DNA from: a virus
Direction: 5' to 3' (one strand)
DNA: 64,000 nucleotides
IMG/VR virus record: IMGVR_UViG_3300028590_000013
Location: 1 to 64,000 of that record
Shown: positions 18,550-27,859 of the stretch, piece by piece
How positions within the stretch are numbered: position 1 is the stretch's first letter
How the letters are laid out: each line of letters begins with the position of its first letter
Notes under the pieces: model-generated
What the model saw: only the letters and a program-made list of their open reading frames with translations
Told to the model about the DNA's origin: nothing
The model's database searches: none
Translations under genes and position numbers: made by a program

Positions 18550-18562
18550 GCGTATAGATAGG
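18548..18562 (+). promoter_or_regulatory. Putative phage promoter (GAGC)GTATAGATAGG
   Basis: Extended identity with 62582-62597 on the - strand; precedes an AAGGAG RBS. Confidence 0.6.
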
Positions 18563-18577
18563 ACGAAAGGAGCCTAG

Positions 18578-19102
18578 ATGCCAACGATTCAACAATACCG
18601 CTCGATGCTAGTGCTGAACAAGCACCGCCTCGACGATGAGCTGGAAGCTCAGGCTGACGTGCAAGAGCGCATCAGCCGGGAAGTCGTGCTCCTCAACTCG
18701 GCAATGCTCGCTGCCAAAGACAAGCTTGCGCGGGTCGAGGGGCGCCTTGGCGAAGAGCTGCGCGAGGATGAGCCCAAGTTGACGGTTGAATTGCGCGCCG
18801 CCAAGGTGGCCCGTGATCCCGCGCGCATCGCCTCATGGGAGGCCTACCAGAGCGCACGGGCTCAGCATGAGGAATGGTCGAACTTGCTGGAGGCCTGGAG
18901 ACAGCGGGGCTACAGTATTAAGACCCTCGCCGACCTCTACGGCTCCCAGTACTTCAGCCTGCGCTCTGCCGTGGCCAGGAGCCCTCAGGAACGCCGAAGT
19001 GAGTCCCGTGGCGACCGCAACGCACAGAGGGCGCTGGACTCGATCAAAGAGGCCGCGCCCACGGACACACCAGTTCGTAGCCGCAGAAGAACGGGGGATT
19101 AA
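18578..19102 (+). CDS. UvsY-like recombination mediator
   Basis: Helical protein (LNKHRLDDELE...AWRQRGYSIK) upstream of SSB and RecA, as in T4-like clusters. Confidence 0.55.
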   Translation: MPTIQQYRSMLVLNKHRLDDELEAQADVQERISREVVLLNSAMLAAKDKLARVEGRLGEELREDEPKLTVELRAAKVARDPARIASWEAYQSARAQHEEWSNLLEAWRQRGYSIKTLADLYGSQYFSLRSAVARSPQERRSESRGDRNAQRALDSIKEAAPTDTPVRSRRRTGD

Positions 19103-19232
19103 TGTCCTTCATTGAAGTTTGCGCCTACTCAGTCCTCGGGCTGGGTGCGCTTTACCTAGGCGTGCGTCTGTGCAGCGCCGCCTATTTCCGCTCGAAGCAC
19201 GAATACGAAACCCGAATGAAAAGGAAACAGCA

Positions 19233-20606
19233 ATGAGCCGCTACAGCGAACGCGATACGGACCGGGGATCGCGCCGGTCGCGCGAAGAGGACGACGACCA
19301 ACCCCGGCGCCGCTCCCGTGAAGAAGACGAACCTCGTAGCCGCTCTCGTGGCCGCGACGAGGATGATGACCGCGGCAGCCGCTCCCGCAGTCGCGATGAC
19401 GATCGTGGTGGCCGCCGCAGTCGCGATGATGACGATGATGACCGTGGCTCGCGGCGCTCTTCGGGATCCTCCAGCGGCTACAGCTACGAGCGCCGCGATC
19501 CCGAGGCCACCAAGCGCCGCAGCCAGCGGGGAAACACGGACTTTGACAAGTACCTGGATTCCAAGCTCAAGACCTTCAAGGTGAATGCCGGCGATAACCG
19601 CGTGCGCATCTTGCCGCCGACCTGGAAGGGCGCGGATCACTACGGCCTTGACCTCTACGTGCACTATGGCGTGGGCGCCGACAGGCAGACCTATATCTGC
19701 CCGAACAAGCAGAACGGCGCGGGGCTCCCCTGCCCGATCTGCGAAGAGCGCGCACGTGCCCGTGACGATGGCGACGACGAGTACGCAAAGGAACTCGAGC
19801 CCAAGCGCCGCACGCTGGTCTACGTGGTCGACCGCGACAAGCCCAAGGAAGGCGTGCAGGCCTGGGCCATGCCCTGGACCCTGGACAACGACATCATCAA
19901 GGTCAGCCAGGACAAGGGCACGGGGCAGGTGCTGGAGATCGACCATCCTGAAGAAGGCTTCGACGTCGAGTTCGAGAAGAACGGCACGGGCCTGAAGACG
20001 AAGTACGAAGGCGTGGCTATTGCGCGGCGCGAGAGCCCGCTGGGCAAAGCTGAATGGCTCGACTACGCCATGGACAACCCGCTCCTCGATCAGCTCGTCA
20101 TCTTCAGCTACGACGACATTGCCAAGAGCTTCGGCGCGAAGACGGCGCAGCGCAGCAGCCGCCGCGATGACGATGAAGATCGTCCGCGTGGCCGGGGTCG
20201 TGATGACGATCGGGACAGCCGCTCCAGTCGCCGCCCTGAGCGCGATGACGATGACCGCGGCAGCCGCTCGCGCGGCGACGATCGTGGATCTCGTGGCCGC
20301 AACGACGAGCCCGAAGAACCGACGTGGGAGAGCGTGCATGAGATGACCAAGTCGGAACTCGAGGATCTCATCGAAGACAAGGATCTCGACATCAATCCCA
20401 AGGATGCCAAGGACACCGAAGACCTGGCCGACTGGATCTGCGAAGAAATGAAGCTCAAGAAGAGCGAGCGGCGTGAGCGCGTGAAGGACGATGAAGATCG
20501 TCCGCGTGGCCGGGGTCGTGATGACGATGACGACAAGCTGGGGGAGATGCGCCGCCGTCGCGAAAGCGATGACGAGGATCGCCCCCGCCGTCGTCGGGAG
20601 GACTAA
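19233..20606 (+). CDS. gp32-like ssDNA-binding protein with long Arg/Asp-rich disordered regions
   Basis: Core RVRILPP..HY..YICP..CPICE..G.D; RD/RE low-complexity flanks. Confidence 0.75.
   Translation: MSRYSERDTDRGSRRSREEDDDQPRRRSREEDEPRSRSRGRDEDDDRGSRSRSRDDDRGGRRSRDDDDDDRGSRRSSGSSSGYSYERRDPEATKRRSQRGNTDFDKYLDSKLKTFKVNAGDNRVRILPPTWKGADHYGLDLYVHYGVGADRQTYICPNKQNGAGLPCPICEERARARDDGDDEYAKELEPKRRTLVYVVDRDKPKEGVQAWAMPWTLDNDIIKVSQDKGTGQVLEIDHPEEGFDVEFEKNGTGLKTKYEGVAIARRESPLGKAEWLDYAMDNPLLDQLVIFSYDDIAKSFGAKTAQRSSRRDDDEDRPRGRGRDDDRDSRSSRRPERDDDDRGSRSRGDDRGSRGRNDEPEEPTWESVHEMTKSELEDLIEDKDLDINPKDAKDTEDLADWICEEMKLKKSERRERVKDDEDRPRGRGRDDDDDKLGEMRRRRESDDEDRPRRRRED
20169..20528 (+). repeat. 42-bp exact direct repeat inside the SSB gene
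   Basis: GACGATGAAGATCGTCCGCGTGGCCGGGGTCGTGATGACGAT at 20169-20210 and 20487-20528. Confidence 0.9.
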
Positions 20607-20609
20607 GCC

Positions 20610-21731
20610 ATGGCCGCAGCAGCAAAGAAAGCTGCGGCTAAAGTGCCTGCTCGCAAGAGACAGGCACTTGCCGCTGAGCCCACGCCCAAGAAGCGCGAGC
20701 GCATCGATATCGACGAAGGAGATCTGCCCCCCACGCCCCCCAACTACTTCGCCTCCATGGACAAGGAGGGCGTCGACTTCATCAGCAGCGGCGCCCAGCT
20801 CATCGACTGCGCCCTCGGCGGTGGCTACGCCGAGGGCCGTGTGGTGAACATCGTGGGGGATCGCAGCGCCGGCAAGACACTCCTCGCCATCGAAGCCATC
20901 ACGAACTTTTGCATGCGCTACGCCAAGGGTGCGGCGCGCTACGCGGAGTCCGAGTCGGCCTTCGATGAGAACTACGCCGAGGCCCTGGGCTTGCCCCTGG
21001 ATCGCGTGGAGTTCAACAAGAAGGGCGTGCCGCTTCGCACCATCGAAGATTGGTACAAGGACATGGTCGAGTTTCTTGACAAGAACAAGGACGTGCCTTC
21101 CATCTACGTGCTCGACAGCCTGGATGCGCTCAGCGATGACGCCGAGATGGAGCGAGGCATCGACGAGACGAACACCTACGGCACGCAGAAGGCCAAGAAG
21201 CTCGGCGAACTTTTCCGCAAGCTCGTGGAGCGTATCGAGAGCCAGCGTTGCATCCTGATCGTCGTGAGCCAGCTGCGCGACAAGATCGGCGTCACGTTCG
21301 GCGAAACGAAGACGCGCAGTGGGGGCAAGGCCCTTGACTACTACGCCTCCCACATCCTGTGGCTGCGCGAGAAGAACAAGCTCAAGCGGACCATCCGTGG
21401 CGTCGAGCGCGTCATCGGCATGGACGTCGAGTTGCGCGTGAAGAAGAACAAGGTGGGCCTGCCCTTCCGCAGCGCCGACTACCCGGTGATCTTCGGCTAC
21501 GGCATCGACGACCTGACAGCCGGGGTGGAGTGGCTTCTCAGCGTGGGCCTTGCCGACGTGCTGGAAGCGGAACTCGACATGAGCAAGGCTGGCTACAAGC
21601 TGCGGCTGCAGAAGCTGCGCAACGTAGGCGGCGATGAGATGCGCGAAGTCCGCGTGCAGCTCAACAAGATCTTGAAGCGCGAATGGTCGCGCATTGAGAC
21701 GGACTTCCTCCCCAGGGCACGTAAGTACTAG
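20610..21731 (+). CDS. RecA/UvsX-like recombinase
   Basis: ISSG..D.ALGGG..GRVVNIVGDRSAGKT, VLDSL, SQLRDKIG, SGGKALDYYAS, KKNKVG.PFR. Confidence 0.93.
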   Translation: MAAAAKKAAAKVPARKRQALAAEPTPKKRERIDIDEGDLPPTPPNYFASMDKEGVDFISSGAQLIDCALGGGYAEGRVVNIVGDRSAGKTLLAIEAITNFCMRYAKGAARYAESESAFDENYAEALGLPLDRVEFNKKGVPLRTIEDWYKDMVEFLDKNKDVPSIYVLDSLDALSDDAEMERGIDETNTYGTQKAKKLGELFRKLVERIESQRCILIVVSQLRDKIGVTFGETKTRSGGKALDYYASHILWLREKNKLKRTIRGVERVIGMDVELRVKKNKVGLPFRSADYPVIFGYGIDDLTAGVEWLLSVGLADVLEAELDMSKAGYKLRLQKLRNVGGDEMREVRVQLNKILKREWSRIETDFLPRARKY

Positions 21732-21741
21732 GAGATGAGCC

Positions 21742-21951
21742 ATGACCAAGGACATCCGAATCAATCAGCAATGGCGAACCCGAGATGGCAGCGTTGTTCG
21801 GGTGGCCTTGGATCGTGGCCCAGGCGCCTTTGATGGCTGGCGGTGGGTGCTCAGCAATGGCTTTGTGGCCCACGAGGATGATGGCCGCGTCATCTTCTTC
21901 GAGGGCAAGGAGGGGCCCAGCGACCTCGTTGAGCCTGTGGCGGATCCCTGA
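21742..21951 (+). CDS. hypothetical protein
   Basis: AGGAG RBS; WRTRDG...DLVE small phage protein pattern. Confidence 0.6.
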   Translation: MTKDIRINQQWRTRDGSVVRVALDRGPGAFDGWRWVLSNGFVAHEDDGRVIFFEGKEGPSDLVEPVADP

Positions 21952-21976
21952 AGAAATATTTACGTGCACTTCGTAA

Positions 21977-21991
21977 AATCTTTATATAATC
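21977..21991 (+). promoter_or_regulatory. Promoter motif AATCTTTATATAATC (copy 3)
   Basis: Identical to 6322-6336. Confidence 0.65.
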
Positions 21992-22020
21992 GAGCCATCG
22001 CAATCAACGAGGGCTACGAG

Positions 22021-22221
22021 ATGGGACACCGGAAATTCAAGCACACGGACTTCGGAGACTTCAATGCTCCACCGTTTCGCTACGTGAGCAAGCAAGAGAA
22101 GAAGCAGGACCACGGTCCCTGGTGGACGTGGGTTGTCACCCGCATCTTGGCGGGCACGCTCTTCATGACGATGCTGGCCTTCTTCGCCTTCGAGGCCTAC
22201 TACAAGCACTTCCTGCGCTGA
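22021..22221 (+). CDS. small membrane protein
   Basis: One C-terminal hydrophobic segment. Confidence 0.5.
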   Translation: MGHRKFKHTDFGDFNAPPFRYVSKQEKKQDHGPWWTWVVTRILAGTLFMTMLAFFAFEAYYKHFLR

Positions 22222-22223
22222 GC

Positions 22224-22264
22224 GCCCAGCGCAAAGCCTTCCATCCGAGGGCTTTCCGCTGGGC
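22224..22264. other. intergenic stem-loop
   Basis: GCCCAGCG/CGCTGGGC plus AAAGCCTTC/GAGGGCTTT. Confidence 0.65.
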
Positions 22265-22299
22265 AATTCCGCTTGGCTCTACATCTGGAGAAGTGCATC

Positions 22300-23175
22300 A
22301 TGAAGAAGATTCTTTGTTTCGCGGCGCTCGCCTTTGCCCTCGTCGGCATGGCCAGCGCAACGCCGGGCAACAACGGTGGTGGCAATGGCGGCTGTGGCGT
22401 GGGCCAGCAAACCAACGGCTGCGGCTCCACGGGCGGCAGCGGCGGCGCTGGTGGCACCGGGGGTGCAGGCGGTGCCGGTGGAACTGGCGTGGGCATCGGC
22501 ATTGCAGGGGCCGCTGCGCAAGCCGCAGCCAATGCAGCCGCACAGGCCAATGCAGGCGCCGCGGTGGTGGGCTCGGGCAATAGCTCGAACAACATCAAGA
22601 ACACGAACAACATGGCTCAGGGCCAGCAGCAAGGCCAGGCGCAGGGGCAGAGCCAGTCGGCGCGCAGCAATGCCACGGGCGGCGCATCCAACGCGAACTC
22701 GATGAGCGGCGGTAACTCCCTCAGCGGCGGCGCCGTGACAGTCTCTGTCGAGGGCGCCAAGGGCGACGTCTACGTGGCCCCAGCTCAGGAGCGCAACCCC
22801 GTTGCCACGGCCTATGCGGCGCCTCTGACATCGACGAACGGTACCTGCATGGGCTCTTCCAGCGGCGGTGGCCAGGGGGCAGCCATCGGCATCAGCTTTG
22901 CCACCACATGGACGGACAACAACTGCGACATCCGCTATGACGCCGAAGCCCTCCGTGCCGCCGGTCTTGCCGATGCTGCCCGCGCCCGCCTCTGCCAAAA
23001 GCCGGAGATCAAGGCCGCCATGGAAGCCGCAGGAACGCCTTGCCAGGACAAAGGCTCGGCCAAGCGTGCCGAAGCTGCCCTGAGTGGCACTTCCGTGGCA
23101 TCGGCTGAAGTCGCCAAGCCGCAATACACGGACCCGATCGTGCGCGCCCGCCTCGGCCTGCCACCGCTGAAATAA
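22300..23175 (+). CDS. Exported Gly/Ala/Asn/Gln-rich protein with Cys-containing C-terminal domain
   Basis: Sec signal MKKILCFAALAFALVGMASA; low-complexity middle; four C-terminal Cys. Confidence 0.75.
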   Translation: MKKILCFAALAFALVGMASATPGNNGGGNGGCGVGQQTNGCGSTGGSGGAGGTGGAGGAGGTGVGIGIAGAAAQAAANAAAQANAGAAVVGSGNSSNNIKNTNNMAQGQQQGQAQGQSQSARSNATGGASNANSMSGGNSLSGGAVTVSVEGAKGDVYVAPAQERNPVATAYAAPLTSTNGTCMGSSSGGGQGAAIGISFATTWTDNNCDIRYDAEALRAAGLADAARARLCQKPEIKAAMEAAGTPCQDKGSAKRAEAALSGTSVASAEVAKPQYTDPIVRARLGLPPLK

Positions 23176-23202
23176 GCAAGAGCTTCGCGCTTGCGTATAT
23201 TT

Positions 23203-23229
23203 AGGGGACTTCGGTCCCCTTTTCTTTTC
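23203..23229 (+). terminator. Rho-independent terminator
   Basis: AGGGGAC-TTCG-GTCCCCT followed by TTTCTTTT. Confidence 0.85.
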
Positions 23230-23240
23230 TGGAGAACCTC

Positions 23241-23570
23241 ATGCCCAAAGCCAAAACCAAGCTGCCGACTATCGAATACTACTGGTCAACTCCCACGCGT
23301 GTCGTAGGAGGCACTGGCGAGATCGGGAATCCCTTCCGTTACGCCGATGGCACGCCCGTGGTGAATGTCCGCATCATGGCGGCCAATGGCTTGCTCGTCG
23401 CTCAGATCACGCAGGGCTTCAGAGACAAGCATGATGCACGGCGCGGAGTCGAAACTCTAGCCGCTTGCTTCCGCGCCGTTCCAGACCCTCACCTCCTCTC
23501 TGACTTGGTCGCACTGAAGGCCCTCAAGGAGGTCGGCCCTGGACCGAAGCCCAAGGCCCCGAAGGATTGA
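23241..23570 (+). CDS. hypothetical protein
   Basis: GGAG RBS. Confidence 0.6.
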   Translation: MPKAKTKLPTIEYYWSTPTRVVGGTGEIGNPFRYADGTPVVNVRIMAANGLLVAQITQGFRDKHDARRGVETLAACFRAVPDPHLLSDLVALKALKEVGPGPKPKAPKD

Positions 23571-23571
23571 C

Positions 23572-24219
23572 ATGCAAGACCACTACGAAGTCCTGGGCAT
23601 CGAAGAAAGCGCCACGCTCGGCGAGATCAAGGCGGCGTGGCGTCGCGCTAACAGCCGGGCACACCCGGATCGCGAAGGCGGCAGCCACGAGGCCCAGGCG
23701 CGCGTTAATGAGGCCTATCGCATCCTCAGCGACCCGGAGGAGCGGGCGGCCTACGACAGCGGCCTGGAGAGCGCTATTGCCGACCCCAAAATGGCGTGGG
23801 CCCGTGAGTTCCTTGCCACGGTCTTTCTTGCCGTGCTGACTCAAGCGCCCGAGGGCTTGAACCTCGTAGAGGATACGTTCCGCATGCTGGCCGAGCATCG
23901 AGCCGAGCACGTGCGAAGTCTCACGGAGCAGCGCCGGACGCTCAGTCAGCTCGTGAGGCGCAGCAACGCGTTGCTGTTCAAGGGACAGGGCATCGACTAC
24001 CTCAAGGCAGCTGTGGAGCAGCGCATGAGCCAATTGCGCGAAGCCATTGAGGCCAACACGAAGATGATCGAGCGCATCGATGGCGCCCACGAGATCCTGC
24101 GCGACTACGAGTTCAAGGTGGCCGCTGGTGGTCAAGCTCCTACCATATGGGACCAGATCGACCGGCCTAAAGCCATTCCCGCCCGCCGCTTTGCCATCCA
24201 GTGGCCGGAGGGCTCTTGA
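23572..24219 (+). CDS. J-domain (DnaJ-like) protein
   Basis: DHYEVLG..EIKAAWRR..HPDREGG..VNEAYRILSDP..RAAYD. Confidence 0.9.
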   Translation: MQDHYEVLGIEESATLGEIKAAWRRANSRAHPDREGGSHEAQARVNEAYRILSDPEERAAYDSGLESAIADPKMAWAREFLATVFLAVLTQAPEGLNLVEDTFRMLAEHRAEHVRSLTEQRRTLSQLVRRSNALLFKGQGIDYLKAAVEQRMSQLREAIEANTKMIERIDGAHEILRDYEFKVAAGGQAPTIWDQIDRPKAIPARRFAIQWPEGS

Positions 24220-24917
24220 TGAAAGTCAAAGGACTCAGTATCGACGTGGGCTTCACCAACATGGGCTTTGCCTTTGTCGAGGTGGATCTCAGCCTCGGGG
24301 GCCTCAAGAGCATTGAATGCATCGGCCTGGGACTGGCACAGACCGCCAAGGATCAGGGGAAAGCCGTGCGGGTGAGCAGTGACCGCCTGAGGCGCGCTCA
24401 GGAGCTTCACGAGGCCCTCCACGAAGCCATTGGCCGCTACGGTGCTCAGGTGGCCTTCGCTGAGATCCCAGGAGGCAATACCCAGAGCGCCACGGCTGCC
24501 TATTCCTTGGGAATCGCCGTAGGCGTCTTGGCCTCCTGCTCCATCCCCATCATCGAAGTGAGCCCCATGGAAGTGAAAGCGGCCGTGGCTGGGCGCAAGG
24601 TTCAGAAGGGGGCTAGCAAGGCCGAGGTCATAGCCTGGGCAGAAAAACATTGGCCTGAGGCCCCATGGATGCGAGCCACTGGCCGCGCCACTGTGAAACG
24701 CCCACTCGCCCCTGGGAGCAAGGAAACCATCACGGTCAGCCTTCCAGCGGGGCGCCTCACTAATGACAACGAGCACCTCGCTGATGCCATGGCTACCGTA
24801 GCTGCTGGGATCGACACGCCAGCCTTCAAACAACTTCTTGCCATCCACCAACATGCAATACCCATGTCTGCTCACCAGCGACCTGCACCTCGTCGCGAGC
24901 GAGTCAACCTCCTATAG
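24219..24917 (+). CDS. RuvC-like Holliday junction resolvase
   Basis: SIDVGFTNMG, AE.P, VSPMEVK, SKAEVI, EHLADA. Confidence 0.8.
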   Translation: MKVKGLSIDVGFTNMGFAFVEVDLSLGGLKSIECIGLGLAQTAKDQGKAVRVSSDRLRRAQELHEALHEAIGRYGAQVAFAEIPGGNTQSATAAYSLGIAVGVLASCSIPIIEVSPMEVKAAVAGRKVQKGASKAEVIAWAEKHWPEAPWMRATGRATVKRPLAPGSKETITVSLPAGRLTNDNEHLADAMATVAAGIDTPAFKQLLAIHQHAIPMSAHQRPAPRRERVNLL

Positions 24918-25863
24918 GTTCTCTCTCTTTCCCTGGTTGATCGAGGAAGCGAGGGCGGAGAAGGTGAAGAGCCTCTACATCCTGGGCGATCTCACCGATG
25001 CCAAGGACAACCACAACGCGGATCTTGTGAATGCCATCGTGGAGAACCTGTGGAAGCTCTCCCAGGTGGTGCCGGACATCAAGATCCTCACGGGGAACCA
25101 TGACTGGCTGCTCGATGGCCAGGAGTACTTCCGATTCCTCGACAAGCTCGACGGTGGCCGCGTGAAGTTCATTACGACGCCCTTCGAGGATCCAGACGTC
25201 AAGGGCCCCTCCGCCTTCTTCCTGCCTTACAGCAAGCAGCCTGCCAAGGACTGGGCGGGCTTCGACTTCAGCCACTACGAGTTTCTCTTCATGCATCAGA
25301 CCGTGAAGGGCTCCGTGTCCAGCAACGGCCAAGAGATGGAGGGCGAGGATCTACCAGCCTTGAATGCTGGGAAGGTCTACAGCGGCGACATTCACGTGCC
25401 CCAGACCATTGGCAACGTCGAATACGTGGGGAGCCCTTACCACGTGCACTTCGGCGATGCCTTCACCCCACGCTGTGTGCTGCTGGAGCGCGGCGGCAAT
25501 CCGGTGAACCTTTACTTCAAGACGCTGCAGCGCGTCACGCTGGTCGTGCGTGATCGGCTCGTGGCTGGAGATCTCGCTCGCGCCAAATTGCGCAAAGGTG
25601 ATCAGGTCAAGCTCCGCATCAAAATGAGCGAAGCCGACAAACATGGCTGGGCAAAGATCCGCCGCGATGCCGTGGCGATGCTGCGGGACTACGAAGTCGT
25701 TATCGCCGGTGTTGAGCTGATCGTGGAGAAGGTGGAGCGCAGTCTCAGCTCAGCTGCGCGGCAGGCCACCTACAGCCCCTCCCAGGCCCTCACGCGCTTC
25801 GTGGAAGCCGAGGAATTGGGAGGCCTCGCCCTTGAACTCGGAATGAAGGTGATCGAATCATGA
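24853..25863 (+). CDS. SbcD/Mre11 (gp47)-like nuclease subunit
   Basis: SDLH, LGDLTD, GNHD, MHQ, SGDIH, YVGSPY. Confidence 0.85.
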   Translation: MQYPCLLTSDLHLVASESTSYRFSLFPWLIEEARAEKVKSLYILGDLTDAKDNHNADLVNAIVENLWKLSQVVPDIKILTGNHDWLLDGQEYFRFLDKLDGGRVKFITTPFEDPDVKGPSAFFLPYSKQPAKDWAGFDFSHYEFLFMHQTVKGSVSSNGQEMEGEDLPALNAGKVYSGDIHVPQTIGNVEYVGSPYHVHFGDAFTPRCVLLERGGNPVNLYFKTLQRVTLVVRDRLVAGDLARAKLRKGDQVKLRIKMSEADKHGWAKIRRDAVAMLRDYEVVIAGVELIVEKVERSLSSAARQATYSPSQALTRFVEAEELGGLALELGMKVIES

Positions 25864-26207
25864 AGCTCTACGCTATCCGCCACGTGGCTACGAAGGAACT
25901 CATGCCGGAGACTCACGGCCACTACACGAAGTGGGAACCTACGGCCAAACTTGACCGCTGGGGAGACCCAAAGAAAGAGCTGCCACCTCGCATGTTTCTG
26001 TCGAGGAGAACGGCCGTTTTGGCCGCAGCCGCTTGGGTACGCGGCATCTACAAGACTGCCATCGAAAGTGCCAGTGAGGGTTGGGAAAGCCCAAACTCAA
26101 ACTATGACTACCAGACCGAACCTCAGCTCCACTCTCCAGCGATCCCGAGAAATAAGGGCGATCTCGTCGTCGTAGGGTTCAACTTATTTGAGGATGTGAA
26201 GTTATGA
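25860..26207 (+). CDS. hypothetical protein
   Basis: ATGA-coupled ORF. Confidence 0.55.
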   Translation: MKLYAIRHVATKELMPETHGHYTKWEPTAKLDRWGDPKKELPPRMFLSRRTAVLAAAAWVRGIYKTAIESASEGWESPNSNYDYQTEPQLHSPAIPRNKGDLVVVGFNLFEDVKL

Positions 26208-26554
26208 AAGACGGGCCTAAGTACTTCGTGCGCAACGCGGACCGGTTCTACTGGGTAGGCGAGGTGTGGCGGGTCTGGTGGCAGCGGCTCAAAGGGCCCG
26301 GCGTGAGCGTGGATCGCATCCGCGCAGAGCTGACGGCCTTCGATCATTTCTATCTCGCTGTGCAAGCCTCTGTGGCCCTCCTCATGCGCTGGGAAGCCCC
26401 TGAGCTTTGCGCCTACGAAGCCTGGGAGTGGGGCATTGAGATCGCCTGGCGTGAGATCGGCGCCTATGAACTCGACGGCGACATTGGCTACGCCTTCGAC
26501 TACCTCCGCGTGCGCGGCTTTCAATACATCATTCAATCGGACGGAACACTATGA
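26204..26554 (+). CDS. hypothetical protein
   Basis: ATGA-coupled ORF. Confidence 0.55.
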   Translation: MKDGPKYFVRNADRFYWVGEVWRVWWQRLKGPGVSVDRIRAELTAFDHFYLAVQASVALLMRWEAPELCAYEAWEWGIEIAWREIGAYELDGDIGYAFDYLRVRGFQYIIQSDGTL

Positions 26555-26790
26555 CAATCAAGAGCATCCACATTGAGGTCATCGGCAACGCAGGACGCTA
26601 CCGCACGGTGGTGGTCGAAACGCCGACGACCATGGGCAATCTCCGCTTCGAGATCCAGGTCGACCTGGGTTACACGGCTTCTGCTTTGGCCGGGTCCGAG
26701 GCATCGCCCATCACTGCGAAAGCACGCGTGCAAGATGCCGTCGTCAAGGCTCTTGCTGAGGTCGTCAAGCATCCGGCGTTTGGGCTATGA
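26551..26790 (+). CDS. hypothetical protein
   Basis: ATGA-coupled ORF. Confidence 0.55.
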   Translation: MTIKSIHIEVIGNAGRYRTVVVETPTTMGNLRFEIQVDLGYTASALAGSEASPITAKARVQDAVVKALAEVVKHPAFGL

Positions 26791-27659
26791 CTCTTGCCAT
26801 TGCAGGGCCGCTCGAAGCCTTCCCCATTCGCAAAACGTACTCACGCATTCTTGTGCCCGTTAGTGGGGGCAAGGATTCTCAGGTCTGCCTGGCCCTAGCG
26901 GTTGACCGCTTCGGCGCCGACAGAGTTCTGGGCGTCCACCAGAGAACGAACTTTGATCACTCGCTGACCTATGCACACATGAAGTACATGGAAGAGCGCT
27001 ACGGCGTGAAGATCATCGACATCCATAGTGAGCAGTACGAGGACGTCCCGGACGTGATGCTGCAGAACTCCATGCTCCCCAGCCGCCAGGCCAGACTCTG
27101 CACTCGACAGCTGAAAACCGGGCCCTGGTTTCGCTGGCTGGCCCGACAAGAAGACAAGGATCACCTCCTTGTCTATCTGGGAATGCGGGCAGCCGAGAGC
27201 AATGATCGCCGCAAGAATTACGGGCATCTGGAGAACAACGATCTGTATGAAATGGGCGACGTCAGTGGTGAGTGCCCCAAGAGCTGCGCCAAGGTTTCCG
27301 TCCAGCTCCCTATTGTGAGCATGAGCACATCAGCGATCTTTGAGTTCGCACGCAAACGGGGAGACAAGCTCAACCCCCTCTACAAGATGGGGCACAAGAG
27401 GGTCGGCTGCTTCCCGTGCGTATTGGCAGGGCCACGTTCAATGAAGATGACCGCAAGGGATCCAGAAGGGCGGGCAAACCTCGCACTGCTTGGCGAGATC
27501 GTGCAGGTCGTGAAGTGGGCTCGGCCAGATCAAGATCTGAGCCAGTTCTGGCCGCACGACGTCGACGCCATTCTTAGCGGGAAAGACGACCTCGATCCAT
27601 TTGGCTGGAGAGACCAGCAAGAAGACAATGCAGGTGGCTGCTCATGGTGCAATTTATGA
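26787..27659 (+). CDS. PAPS reductase-like (PP-loop) protein
   Basis: SGGKDS, RLCTRQLK, GMRAAES..R, NPLY..G.KRVGCFPC. Confidence 0.85.
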   Translation: MTLAIAGPLEAFPIRKTYSRILVPVSGGKDSQVCLALAVDRFGADRVLGVHQRTNFDHSLTYAHMKYMEERYGVKIIDIHSEQYEDVPDVMLQNSMLPSRQARLCTRQLKTGPWFRWLARQEDKDHLLVYLGMRAAESNDRRKNYGHLENNDLYEMGDVSGECPKSCAKVSVQLPIVSMSTSAIFEFARKRGDKLNPLYKMGHKRVGCFPCVLAGPRSMKMTARDPEGRANLALLGEIVQVVKWARPDQDLSQFWPHDVDAILSGKDDLDPFGWRDQQEDNAGGCSWCNL

Positions 27660-27859
27660 GAGAAGCCCTCCTCATCGAAGAAGAGCCCGACGATCTCCTG
27701 CCTCAGATGGCGGGAGTCTTTCGTTGGAAAGCTGACGGCTCCTGGTGGTGCGCCAGGCTCGCCAATAGCCATCACCACGGCCAGGGCCCCACGCCTGAGG
27801 CCGCAATGCGCGCTGCCATCGCAGCCGCTCAGCCCAGGAAGAGGGAGAGGCTCGAATGA
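27656..27859 (+). CDS. hypothetical protein
   Basis: ATGA-coupled ORF. Confidence 0.5.
   Translation: MREALLIEEEPDDLLPQMAGVFRWKADGSWWCARLANSHHHGQGPTPEAAMRAAIAAAQPRKRERLE

Noticed and set aside
19240-20606. CRISPR-like array
   Set aside because: Repeats are irregular, in frame and encode RD-rich protein; no spacers or cas genes
19182-21764. 860-aa antisense ORF and other long antisense ORFs (e.g. 3322-4632, 14692-16209, 46533-48752)
   Set aside because: Shadow frames of high-GC genes; no motifs, and they overlap well-supported genes
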